Shown piece by piece: positions 23,223-33,271 of a DNA stretch of 64,000 bases. The notes under the pieces are model-generated. The model saw nothing but the letters and a program-made list of their open reading frames with translations, had not been told where the DNA came from and did not search any database. Numbering within the stretch: position 1 is the stretch's first letter; each line of letters begins with the position of its first letter. The stretch spans positions 372,001 to 436,000 of the forward strand of contig JBECUI020000027.1 in NCBI GenBank assembly GCA_040954595.2, written 5' to 3'. This DNA is from Balanoglossus misakiensis (lineage: Eukaryota > Animalia > Hemichordata). The position numbers were made by a program, and so were the translations under genes.

Positions 23223-23606
23223 ATGTTGCGGAAAAATGGATTATTCCTTTTTATAGTTGTCTTCGCTTTTTCTATAACGGCTTGTGGACTATTTCAAGAT
23301 AGTATCGGCGCAAGTACGTATTTTGTTGGTGTTTGGGAAGATCCCTTTGGTGGGGAAGGCACGTTTACCTTTCGAGCCGATGGTACATGGACCCGTGTAA
23401 GTGATGTGTGGGGTAATCTCAATGGAACTTTCAGTGCAACGGGTGATGCCTCCAAGGGTATCCTTGTGTTGGAGTCATCATTCCCCTCCCTTTTTACAGG
23501 TGTGCATGAGTATGAGTTCGAACCTGGAGGTAGAGTAGTTGGAATCTCTTGGAATACTATATTACTGGGATTGTTGGGGGTATCGATTCTGGTCCTCAAT
23601 TACTAG
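23223..23606 (+). CDS. Small lipoprotein, copy 3
   Basis: Lipobox ITAC; paralog of copy 1. Confidence 0.85.
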   Translation: MLRKNGLFLFIVVFAFSITACGLFQDSIGASTYFVGVWEDPFGGEGTFTFRADGTWTRVSDVWGNLNGTFSATGDASKGILVLESSFPSLFTGVHEYEFEPGGRVVGISWNTILLGLLGVSILVLNY

Positions 23607-23765
23607 TCCAGGAAATTTATCCGACTGAGATAGCACAAACCCTAGTAACTCCCCCCCCCCGGCCTTGCCGGGGGGAACGCTCAATTCTTTATTTCCAAGG
23701 TCAGTTTTTATTATAGCTAGGGTAAAGTGGAAAAGGATAATATAAGCAAATAATAAGGAGTGTGT

Positions 23766-24149
23766 ATGTTGCGGAAAAATGGATTATTCCTTTTTATAGT
23801 TGTCTTCGCTTTTTCTATAACGGCTTGTGGACTATTTCAAGATAGTATCGGCGCAAGTACGTATTTTGCTGGTGTTTGGGAAGATCCCTATGGTGGGGAA
23901 GGCACGTTTACCTTTCGAGCCGATGGTACATGGACCCGTGTAAGTGATGTGTTGGGTAATCTCAATGGAACTTTCAGTACAACGGGTGATGCCTCCAAGG
24001 GTATCCTTGAGTTGGAGTCATCATTCCCCTCCCTTTTTACAGGTGTGCATGAGTATAAGTTCGAACCTGGAGGTAGAGTAGTTCTAATCTCTTGGAATAC
24101 TATATTACTGGGATTTTTGGGGGGGAAATCGGTTCTGGTCAAGCAATAA
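23766..24149 (+). CDS. Small lipoprotein, copy 4
   Basis: Nearly identical to copy 3 (543 bp period). Confidence 0.85.
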   Translation: MLRKNGLFLFIVVFAFSITACGLFQDSIGASTYFAGVWEDPYGGEGTFTFRADGTWTRVSDVLGNLNGTFSTTGDASKGILELESSFPSLFTGVHEYKFEPGGRVVLISWNTILLGFLGGKSVLVKQ

Positions 24150-24521
24150 TCCAGGAAATTGATCCGACCTGAGATAGCATAGACCCTAGCAACTCGCCCC
24201 CTGGCAAGGCCGGGGGGAACGCTCAATTCTTTATTTCCAAGGTCAGTTTTTATTATCGCTAAGGTAGAGTGGAAAAGGATTTTTTCTCTTGCTTTCCTTT
24301 TTTCAACTATGGTTTCTCCTTTTACAACCTGCTCCTGGGAATGCTTTGTCTTCTGAAAAACACAGATGGCTTCTGGGTTGGTAGAGATATATTTCTTTGT
24401 TTTTGATAGAGGGTTATGAAAAAAGCCATCGAGGGAGGGGAAGCTTAAGGGTTTTGGGTCATATTAAAAGAAGACGGCTGGCTATATAGAGAAGACGCTG
24501 GACCCGCCTGTGAATGTCTTT

Positions 24522-25190
24522 ATCCTACCAGGGGAGATGCTGTTCTCATGCTGGAAGGGACCAAGAAGGCTGGGAGAGAGGAAGAAAAGGCTCCCGTTGG
24601 GGCTAAAATGATGACTTTTCAGCAACTTCCAGGCCTAAGCAGTCCCTCATGAGCTAGCGGGAGTAAAAACGATAAGAAGAATCTGCTTACTGATAACCCA
24701 AAAGCCCTAGGATAGGCTTTCGGGGTGTCCCGCTCCCAGAGATGCCCGGGAAACCTTAGCCAGCACCCTAATTCCCTATGGCTACCACGCTTTTTCTCGA
24801 ATCATTGACCAAAGAACAGACAATTTCTCCCCTTAGCAAGCAATAAAAGGTAGTCTGCATCCTACCAGGGGAGATGCTGTTCTCATGCTGGAAGGGACCA
24901 AGAAGGCTGGGAGAGAGGAAGAAAAAGCTCCCGTTGGGGCTAAAATGATGACTTTTCAGCAACTTCCAGGCCTAAGCAGTCCCTCATGAGCTAGCGGGAG
25001 TAAAAACGATAAGAAGAATCTGCTTACTGATAACCCAAAAGCCCTAGGATAGGCTTTCGGGGTGTTCCCGCTCCCAGAGATGCCCGGGAAACCTTAGCCA
25101 GCACCCTAATTCCCTATGGCTACCACGCTTTTTCTCGAATCATTGACCAAGAACAGACAATTTCTCCCCTTAGCAAGCAATAAAGAGATA
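24522..25190 (+). repeat. Direct tandem duplication (~337 bp) of the array inter-gene spacer
   Basis: ATCCTACCAGGGGAGATGCTGTTCTCATGCTGG begins at 24522 and again at 24859. Confidence 0.9.
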
Positions 25191-25295
25191 ACACCCCCCT
25201 TGATAAAATCCAGATAAGGAGATAGACTAAAAGTTAAGTTCAAATCTAGTAAACTAAAGCCTTGTAAGAGGCTATTTTTAAGGAGGCATACAAAG

Positions 25296-26463
25296 ATGAT
25301 CAGCAATTTAAGGAAACTCACTCACTCACTCACTCACTCACTCACTCACTCACTCACTCACTCACTCACTCACTCACTCACTCACCAGCTCTTGCGCGCT
25401 AGAACCCCAAAGAAAGCCTAATTCCCTTCGCCGTTTTTCCCCGTTAAAAGCAATACTTTTCTGTTTAATCCCAGCACTATTCTTGACAAGCTGCGGCCCC
25501 ACTCCGAGCAGTGAAACCCTCATAACAACTTTGACCATCAACGGCCTGGAGGGAGTGGCAACAATTGATGAAACCAAAGCCGTTTTTTATTTTGATAAAC
25601 TCGACTCCGCTACGGTAAGCACCTTTGACCTCAGCGTATCCCCCGGGGCCGCGGTGACCCATGCCGATGGTACCGCTCTGACGGCTGAAAATCTTGTTCT
25701 TGGCGAGGAGTTCCCCGTGCTCGTTACTGCAGAGGATGGGATTACTACCCAAACCTACACCCTATTAATTACCGGAGATATTGTCATTACGAATAAACAC
25801 AGCAACGGGTATTATGTCTGGTTTGATGTCATCCTGCATCAAGATGCGGTAGTGGATTTCTACGCAGTAGAAGAAGGAACGACCCTGCCCAGCGCCGCTT
25901 CCGTAGCGGCCATGGATGACACCGATGGCGACCAGGCCGTTGACGGCCATCACTTCCAGGATGCGTTGGTTGCCGGGGAAACCCACCGTATTGTTCTTTA
26001 CAATATGGATACTTCCACTAACTACGATATTGGCAGCTATTTCAGCGGTGGTAAGTATCCAAACTCTCACGCCGCTGTATTGACACAGATGACTACAGCC
26101 GCAGAACCCCGCACTACAGGTAAGGTGGTTTGGCCGGCTTACGAAGGGCAAAAAATTCTGCTTCCCCCTGCCCGGTTGAAATCAACAGATGATATCCCGG
26201 ATGGTTCAGGCCTATCTTATAATTTGGAGGGCCAAGCTTCATGGGCTTCCATTTTAGAAATTCTGGATGGTTCATATCAAATAGGTTGGAACTATGATTT
26301 TGTTCTTCATGCCATGTTTTCTATGATTTTTGATTCCACGACTTATCTATTCACCAAAATAGACGGTGTTCTCAAGGCACACACGGCTTTCTATTTTCTG
26401 AGTTTTTCAGATCAGGATATCGGTACCCCCGAGGATTACATTGATTTACAGGTACGGAACTAA
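25296..26463 (+). CDS. Phase-variable lipoprotein, array unit 9 ((ACTC)17 at 25316-25383, OFF), divergent C-terminus
   Basis: Same promoter, RBS, tract and lipobox; intact downstream frame ending DYIDLQVRN. Confidence 0.9.
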
Positions 26464-26926
26464 AAGAATCCTCCCCCTTTCCCTGTAGCTTCCTCATACG
26501 GGGACAGGGACATCTTCTTGTTGAGGGGGAAGGCCCGGCAGAGAAGATTTCCCTTCAGGGGGTCTTTAGGACCCCTGTTTTGTCTTTACCAGTAGACTTT
26601 CCACAGGAAAAGAATGATTTCCTCTCCTTAACCACGTGCCTATTCCCACGTATAAGGGCCGTACTGAAAAACCGTTTTTCCATTATAATCACAAATATCA
26701 TATAGGCCCTTGTCGTATTGCTGTGGCGGGCTGTGATCCCGGAATTAAGGGCCCCCTCCGTTTCTGACGGAAGGGCTTCCGCTGGGGTCTATGCTGTCCA
26801 TTTGTTTCCGGGGAAGAAGCAGGCGGACTAAAATTTTTTGTAATTCAGAGATAACAACTGGATAAAAACAATGTAGTACGATAATATAGATGATAAGAAT
26901 CAAGTTCGAAGTCTGAATTTATAGGA

Positions 26927-28717
26927 GTGTGTGTTTTAATGAAATGCAGTCATATGAAAATGAAGTTCAATGTTTTAACTGGAATGTCTGGTCTGCGAAG
27001 AAATTTCGGTGCTTTTCCGTCTTTTCGTTTCTGGCAGCCCATTCTTTTTGTTATTCTAGCGACTTTCTACTTAGGAAGCTGTGATTCAGAATCCGGAGCC
27101 ACCTTTACCATCACTCTTACAGGGCCTCAGGACATTGAAGCAGGTGAAGACTTGATATTGTCTGCTACAGCTTCGGATTTGAAGGGAGCTATCGCAACCT
27201 ATCAGTGGAAAGTTAACGGGGAGGTTCAGCACGAAGGAACTGATCTGAATTATACCTTCAGTCAAATAGAGGAAGGGACATACAAAATACAGTGTATGAT
27301 GATTATTGACGGTATTGAGTATGCCAGCAATACGCTGACAATAACGGTAACGGCTTCCCAGCCTGTTGTGCGCATCGCCGGGGGAGAGAGCGTGAGCGCT
27401 AATGAGGATCTGATACTGACTACAACCGTATCAGGTCTAAACGGAGCGGCGGCGACCTACCAATGGAAACTTGACGGGAATGATGTAGCAGGAGCCACCG
27501 GCACGGATTATACCTTTAATCAGCCCAACAACGGCTCATACGAGGTTTGGTGTGTGATGACAGTTGATGGTACTGAGTATACCAGCAACAAGCTGACGAT
27601 AACGGTTGAGCCTCCCCGGCCTGCTGTATCCATAACCGGGGGTGTGAGGGATCTCATTGTGATAAATACAGATGAGACATTTACCGCTACAACTTCTAAT
27701 CTGAACGGAGCGGCGGCGACCTACCAGTGGAAGCTTGACGGGAATAATGTAGCAGGAGCCACCGGTACGGATTATGTCTTTAACCGGCCAGTGCCCAGCG
27801 GTCCGTACAGCATACAGTGCGAAATAACAGTGGACGGTACCGTCTATTCCAGCAACACATTGATGGTAAGGGTTCTTAGGGCCCTGCCTACCGTGTCCAT
27901 AAGCGGGGACGCTATGGTGGTGGCAAATGATAATACAACAATAGCTGCCATAGCGTCTAATCTGGATGGAGCTATTGCATCCTACCAGTGGAAAATCGAC
28001 AATGCAGAAATACCCGGAGCCACCAATCCCCAATATGGCTTTAGCCAGGCGGTGGGAGGGGCCTACGAACTGCAGTGTGAGATCACGGTTTACAACAATG
28101 TCTTTACCAGCAGTGCGCTGCCCGTTTTAGTGATTCAGGTGGGTTCTCCCGGTCCTGGGGGAGGGGTCGTGTTTTATGATGATACCCTGGGGTATGATTT
28201 TGATAATAGCGGAGACATCGATGGATCTGAGAGAACCCTGCTGGCGGCAGATTCTCGATTCTTGGAAGCCGCCCCGTCTGGTTGGTATGGTACGGAAAGA
28301 GATCCCCTTGTTCAGTGGGGAGCTCAAGGGACAGATGTTCCCGAGGTGATAAATTACACGAGCATTTCCGGTGCTCCCAATCAAAAGGAAACCATGGGGC
28401 GTGGAGTCACAGATACCGATGCAATAGTAACTCTCCTGGAGGGCATTCCTGAGACAGACCGGGCGGCGCAGTTGGCCAAGGCATATACCGGAGGAGGTAA
28501 GGACGACTGGTTCCTGCCGTCTATTGGCGAATTGATTATACTGGTCAGTCAAAAAGACCAGGTGGGTGGTATGGACGGCCGGTACTGGTCTACCACCGAG
28601 GGTACCCTTACATTTGCCTGGTATATGCACAACAATAGCATAGGTACATTCAGAAATAACGGAAAGGCAGTCACCGACACAGCCGTGCGTCCTATCCGGG
28701 GGTTTAACGTCCCTTAA
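26927..28717 (+). CDS. Lipoprotein with four Ig/PKD-like repeats and a C-terminal DUF1566/Lcl-type C-lectin-like domain
   Basis: Lipobox YLGSC; four ATYQWK-type repeats; DWFLPSIGEL...YWSTTE...VRPIRGF. Start codon uncertain. Confidence 0.8.
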   Translation: MCVLMKCSHMKMKFNVLTGMSGLRRNFGAFPSFRFWQPILFVILATFYLGSCDSESGATFTITLTGPQDIEAGEDLILSATASDLKGAIATYQWKVNGEVQHEGTDLNYTFSQIEEGTYKIQCMMIIDGIEYASNTLTITVTASQPVVRIAGGESVSANEDLILTTTVSGLNGAAATYQWKLDGNDVAGATGTDYTFNQPNNGSYEVWCVMTVDGTEYTSNKLTITVEPPRPAVSITGGVRDLIVINTDETFTATTSNLNGAAATYQWKLDGNNVAGATGTDYVFNRPVPSGPYSIQCEITVDGTVYSSNTLMVRVLRALPTVSISGDAMVVANDNTTIAAIASNLDGAIASYQWKIDNAEIPGATNPQYGFSQAVGGAYELQCEITVYNNVFTSSALPVLVIQVGSPGPGGGVVFYDDTLGYDFDNSGDIDGSERTLLAADSRFLEAAPSGWYGTERDPLVQWGAQGTDVPEVINYTSISGAPNQKETMGRGVTDTDAIVTLLEGIPETDRAAQLAKAYTGGGKDDWFLPSIGELIILVSQKDQVGGMDGRYWSTTEGTLTFAWYMHNNSIGTFRNNGKAVTDTAVRPIRGFNVP

Positions 28718-28740
28718 CGTGTAATTTGGCTTAGGGAGAC

Positions 28741-28767
28741 AGGGGGCCTTCTGAGGGGCCCCTTTTT
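28741..28767 (+). terminator. Rho-independent terminator
   Basis: AGGGGGCCTTCTGAGGGGCCCCTTTTT after the stop at 28717. Confidence 0.65.
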
Positions 28768-28910
28768 CATGCCTGAGGAGGGTTATCTCAGAATCCCCCT
28801 GATTAACAGTGCCTTGAGGAAAGGAGACTGCTGCATCAACTGCCCACCATAAGCGAACTTCCAGAGAATTCTTTATCAATCGAATCAATTTTAACATCTT
28901 TTATTGTGTG

Positions 28911-29381
28911 TTATTTATTTTCAATAACATCATAGGCAGATTCCTGAGTCTTTTCTCCTCCTGATTCCTTGTGCTCCTTAAATGCTTTAAATTTATCAAT
29001 ATCCTTCTTTATAAGATTTAAGCAGAGAATAACCATACCGGCGTCATCGGCCAAACCTAGACCTACAATAAAATCTGGAATTAAATCCATTAAAGAAAAC
29101 ACATACAAAAGAGTAAAAACAATGGCAGAAATTGAACCGGTTGGGATCTCATGATATTCCCCACGCAAAAAAGCTTTTACCATCTCCAAAAGAAGCTTCA
29201 CATCTCCTTTTAATTCTAAGAGTTTTCCCCTACCCGCCTTAAAGAGGATATTCTTTTCATTTTTCAATACCTTATTAAAATCTCTCTCAGAAGCAGTTTT
29301 CTCCTTAAAACCTTTAAACTTTTTCTGATACTTATTCCTCATCCTTGTGTACTTTTTCCCTTCAAATCTTTGAACCGCCAT
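28911..29381 (-). CDS. YkvA/DUF1232 family protein
   Basis: LLYVFSLMDLIPDFIVGLGLADD motif; AAGGAG RBS before ATG 29381 (MAVQRF). Confidence 0.88.
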   Translation of the reverse strand: MAVQRFEGKKYTRMRNKYQKKFKGFKEKTASERDFNKVLKNEKNILFKAGRGKLLELKGDVKLLLEMVKAFLRGEYHEIPTGSISAIVFTLLYVFSLMDLIPDFIVGLGLADDAGMVILCLNLIKKDIDKFKAFKEHKESGGEKTQESAYDVIENK

Positions 29382-30151
29382 ACTCACTCCTTGTGCCGCT
29401 GTGATTATAGGATTAAAAAATAAAAAAACAAAGAATTGTCCTCTGTGTGACATTGTTAAGTCCTCTGCTGTATAGTCCTGCCTCTGCCTGGCTTAGAAGG
29501 AAGAGTGCAGACGGTGTGGAACTTTACAATCTTGTTTCAGAAAGAATACCCTTCCACCCGGTCGCTGAAGAATAAAGGGACCTCTCACTGATTCATGTAC
29601 GCTTTTGAGAAATGGGATTCTGATATCCCGCAATAGTTAAGGGGAGCCTACCTGCGCATCAGGAAGACTTGCTTGTTCATGGTAATGAGCTCCATAAATT
29701 CCGAAAGTTTATACATGCAACTTAAACAGGCCATGAAAAACCAGCCGTGAATCGTTTCACGATCATTGGAGAAGGAGCATTGTACTTGCGGAACTGGACC
29801 TAAGACAGATCTTATATGAAAAAAATGAATACGCTTTTGAGAAACCAGGCAGCTTGGGGGCCCTAACCTCTCCTTGAAGTCAGCTGCTCCTCTCTCTATC
29901 CTTCTCACTTCCCACCCCCAGAAGATTTGGCGGCTTTGTCTCTTTTTACTGGATAACTTTTCTTTCTTCCTCATTCAATTCGATCATCTGGATTTAACGA
30001 GACAAAGGGAGGGCTCACGGTGAATGATTGTAGTTGTTGTGGGGGGGCTTGATATATTTATCTTTTTGATATATCTTTATGCTATATGCGGTATTTAAGG
30101 TGGAATAACTTAAATACTCATCGCAATAATATAGTATTAAGGAGTTTTTAT

Positions 30152-31690
30152 ATGGGCAACATAAGGGAAATGTTAACGTCATACTCTAAGGGTAGCGTAG
30201 GCAGGGCCCTACCATGGGAAGCGGCAATAACTTTGGCCAGCTCTGTAGCATCCTCTGCCAGTAAAGCTGGTTTTGAGCCTATACCGGAATGGATGAAACT
30301 GCTCTATGAATCGGAGAAGGGCAATCGCAACTATAGGCCGCGAGTCGAGGGTGAGATACCAAAAAATCTGCGTGGAACGCTATATCGCAACGGCCCAGGT
30401 CTCTTTGAACGTGGTGGGATCAGAGTCAAGCATCTGCTTGATGGTGATGGTCTGATTCAGAAACTGACCTTTTCCGATCAAGGTCCTCACTACAGGAATG
30501 CTTTTGTTCGTACCAAAAAATTTGAACAGGAGGAGAAAAGCGGCAAACGGGAATTTTCTACCTGGACCACACGAAAATCGACTAATATGTTCTCCAATCT
30601 CGGCGGTGGTATAACCGAGAGTCAGGCCGGGGTTACGGTTTATCCAGTGCATGGCAAGGTTCTGGCTCGTGACGAAATAGGCCCAAGCTATGAACTGGAC
30701 CCGGAAACTATCGAGACCATCGGCACTATCCCCGTTGGTAGAGACTTAGAGAGCGTAATGTTCAAGGCGCATATGAAATTTGACCCCAGCAACAACGAAT
30801 GCGTGCTGGCCGGAGTCAAGTTCGGCCCCAAAATGAAGATCCACGTTAGCATCTATGAGCCAAATCTCAAACTTAAGACACAATTCTCATTCGTAAGCCC
30901 AAGACAGGTCTACTTTCACGATTTCATGCTAAGCAAGAATTATGTGCTGTTCAATTTGCATCCTTGTTTTTTCTCACCATTTCCCTTTTTACTCGGGATG
31001 AAAAGCTTTATTGAAAGTCTGAAATGGGAAAAAAAACATAGCAATCTGATCGCCGTTCTGCCTCGCGATGGCGGCAAGCCGACATACTTTGAAGCACCTG
31101 GATCCTTTATGTGGCACGCTTTGAATACTTACGAGCAGGGCCATGAAATTATCGCCGATTTTGTGAGCTATGAGCAGCCTGATCACTTCATTGCGCATAA
31201 TCCCCTGCTTGGTAATATTGTCAAGGGCTATATGGGTAATGCTCAATACCCAGGAAAAATTCGGCGCTATGTGATCAATATGAACTCAGGCCGTATGAAA
31301 GAAGAGATTATTGATCATCAAGGCAGCGAATTTCCAATGATCGATCTGCGTCAGACAGCCAGCAAACATAATGTCGGATATTTTACCTATTCAGGCGATC
31401 AATCTTATTTTCATTCTGGACTGAAGCGTGTTGATTATGGCCGAAGCAAGATCGAAAAATTTGATTTTGGTTCGAAAGTGCAGGTAAGCGAACCAGTTTT
31501 TTGTCCCAAGCCAGGCGGCCAGATAGATGAAGGCTGGTTACTGGCCCAGTGCGTGGATGGTAATACCAAAACCAGCTTCTACGCTCTGTTTGAAGCCAAG
31601 AACCTAGGCAAGGGACCGCTGGCTAAGATATGGCTCGATCATCATGTCCCAATGTCGTTCCATGGCGCATGGGATAATTGGAACCCATAA
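30152..31690 (+). CDS. Carotenoid oxygenase / RPE65 family dioxygenase
   Basis: GEIPKNLRGTLYRNGPG, HLLDGDG, four iron-ligand His (KAH, FHDF, WHAL, SFHG), SEPVFCP; AAGGAG before ATG 30152. Confidence 0.92.
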   Translation: MGNIREMLTSYSKGSVGRALPWEAAITLASSVASSASKAGFEPIPEWMKLLYESEKGNRNYRPRVEGEIPKNLRGTLYRNGPGLFERGGIRVKHLLDGDGLIQKLTFSDQGPHYRNAFVRTKKFEQEEKSGKREFSTWTTRKSTNMFSNLGGGITESQAGVTVYPVHGKVLARDEIGPSYELDPETIETIGTIPVGRDLESVMFKAHMKFDPSNNECVLAGVKFGPKMKIHVSIYEPNLKLKTQFSFVSPRQVYFHDFMLSKNYVLFNLHPCFFSPFPFLLGMKSFIESLKWEKKHSNLIAVLPRDGGKPTYFEAPGSFMWHALNTYEQGHEIIADFVSYEQPDHFIAHNPLLGNIVKGYMGNAQYPGKIRRYVINMNSGRMKEEIIDHQGSEFPMIDLRQTASKHNVGYFTYSGDQSYFHSGLKRVDYGRSKIEKFDFGSKVQVSEPVFCPKPGGQIDEGWLLAQCVDGNTKTSFYALFEAKNLGKGPLAKIWLDHHVPMSFHGAWDNWNP

Positions 31691-32052
31691 TATTTTGCCT
31701 GGAGATTGGCAAGTAAAGCTAAAACTTGCCAATCTCCTCATCCACCCTCCAGGAACAACAGAAGCACATTGCTTCCCTTCCATGTGTGACATGGATTGAT
31801 GCCTGGAGGACCAGCCTTTGCTGCTTTAAAGAGTCTGGCTAAGCTTGTCTTTTTTTTCAGTGCTGCTTGGTCTTAACTCTTATCAGATTGAATCATTAGA
31901 GGGGAAGAACCCGGCCTGAACAACAATTCAGAAAGAGCAGTCCGTTAAGATCTATTCTCCCAGCAAAAGCATGGAGTAGGGTCACTTGGAGAGTGACCTT
32001 TCCCCCGCCTCTGGAACCACTGTCAATACCAGCCCACTGCCCAAGAGAAGGA

Positions 32053-32742
32053 CTATTCTATTGCGCCATTCCTCCAAGTTCCGCTGCGGCTCTCTCCAGC
32101 AAGGTTGGGAATTGTCAGGACCATTCCCGGAAAGATAAGATGGGGATTCTCAGATTCAGGCATAGCCTCTTTATTGGCCTCATAAATACGACGCCATTCC
32201 CAGGGATTGTTATAGATAAAGTCGTATCCGGCAATGTTCCAAAGACAATCGGTGTTGCCCGCCAAGAGACGGACCACATAGAACGAGGGCTTCGTAGATT
32301 CCGAACGCACATAGACAATCACTTTCAGGGCTTCCAGGGCCGCCATGGAACTATCGCGGCTGGGAACATAGCTTTCTTCCTGAAAAAATTGATAGGCCTC
32401 TTGATAAAGTCTTTTGCCCTCGGCGTATTCTTCGGGAAAGTGAATCTCAGCCTGAACCACCGCCGCCTGGGCTAGACGTTCATTTACCATCCTCAGAGCT
32501 GAATTAGCACGATAGCGATTGAGCATCATGCTTATCCAGGCATCGGATCTTTGGACATAGAGCAGAGATTCCTCCGCCAGAGATTTAGCCTCTTCGTAGT
32601 TGCCTGCAGCAAAGGCCTCGTCGCTTTGCCGTTTAAGTTCCAGGGATTGTCGGTAATCAGCGTTATCCTGAAGGGACTGTGCCCCCAGGCTTCCCAGAGC
32701 AATCAACAGGGTAATAATACATAAGCTAAGTCGTTTTTTCAT
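32053..32742 (-). CDS. Exported LysM peptidoglycan-binding protein (spirochaete type)
   Basis: Signal peptide; DCLWNIAGYDFIYNNPWEWRRIYEANK...NPHLIFPGMVLTIP. Confidence 0.88.
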   Translation of the reverse strand: MKKRLSLCIITLLIALGSLGAQSLQDNADYRQSLELKRQSDEAFAAGNYEEAKSLAEESLLYVQRSDAWISMMLNRYRANSALRMVNERLAQAAVVQAEIHFPEEYAEGKRLYQEAYQFFQEESYVPSRDSSMAALEALKVIVYVRSESTKPSFYVVRLLAGNTDCLWNIAGYDFIYNNPWEWRRIYEANKEAMPESENPHLIFPGMVLTIPNLAGESRSGTWRNGAIE

Positions 32743-33161
32743 GATGCATCTTCCTCGCTGGCAGCCTTAATGGCATCTTCGGCCTTCATTTCCACATCGG
32801 AAATGGCTTTTTCTGCAGCTTTAATAGCGTTTTCCGCCTCGGCGCGTCTTTGTTTTGCCGTAGCGGCTGAGGTTCTAAATTCGGTAATGGATTGGGTGAA
32901 TCCTTCCAGGGCAGCCTCAAGGTCGCCCTCGCCTTCGGCAGTTACGGCTCCATTGTACGAAACAAGGGCCATGTCAAATTCAGCCTTAGCAGCCTGAGCT
33001 GCCTTGACTTCCTCGGCTTCCATTCGCGCGGCATCTGCCTCTTCCCGACGTTCTGCCACTGATCCTGTATCCATCTCAGGGGGGGCCTGGGGGGCAGACG
33101 CACAGGAAATCATTAAAGCGCTAATGCCTAGCCATAATATTATTGATTTGTAGTTTTTCAT
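32739..33161 (-). CDS. Alanine-rich helical lipoprotein, coupled to the LysM gene
   Basis: Lipobox MISC; ATGA overlap with the LysM gene. Confidence 0.8.
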   Translation of the reverse strand: MKNYKSIILWLGISALMISCASAPQAPPEMDTGSVAERREEADAARMEAEEVKAAQAAKAEFDMALVSYNGAVTAEGEGDLEAALEGFTQSITEFRTSAATAKQRRAEAENAIKAAEKAISDVEMKAEDAIKAASEEDAS

Positions 33162-33271
33162 AACCTTCCCTATATCAAGAAATTCGTAAGCTATTATAAC
33201 TTGATTTATAAAAAATATAACCTGATTTATAAAAAATACCAGCTATTGAAAAAAAATTTCTTGGACCCTTG

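Noticed and set aside
8700-24460. Integron cassette array
   Set aside because: No integrase; units are paralogs with their own promoters, and no attC-type core sites were recognised.
8857-26463. Diversity-generating retroelement as the source of C-terminal variation
   Set aside because: No reverse transcriptase or template repeat is visible; variation includes indels and block exchanges rather than adenine-only substitutions.
29460-30080. ORF 29648-29974 and surrounding intergenic DNA
   Set aside because: No recognisable domain, RBS or repeat structure; cannot be supported as a gene.
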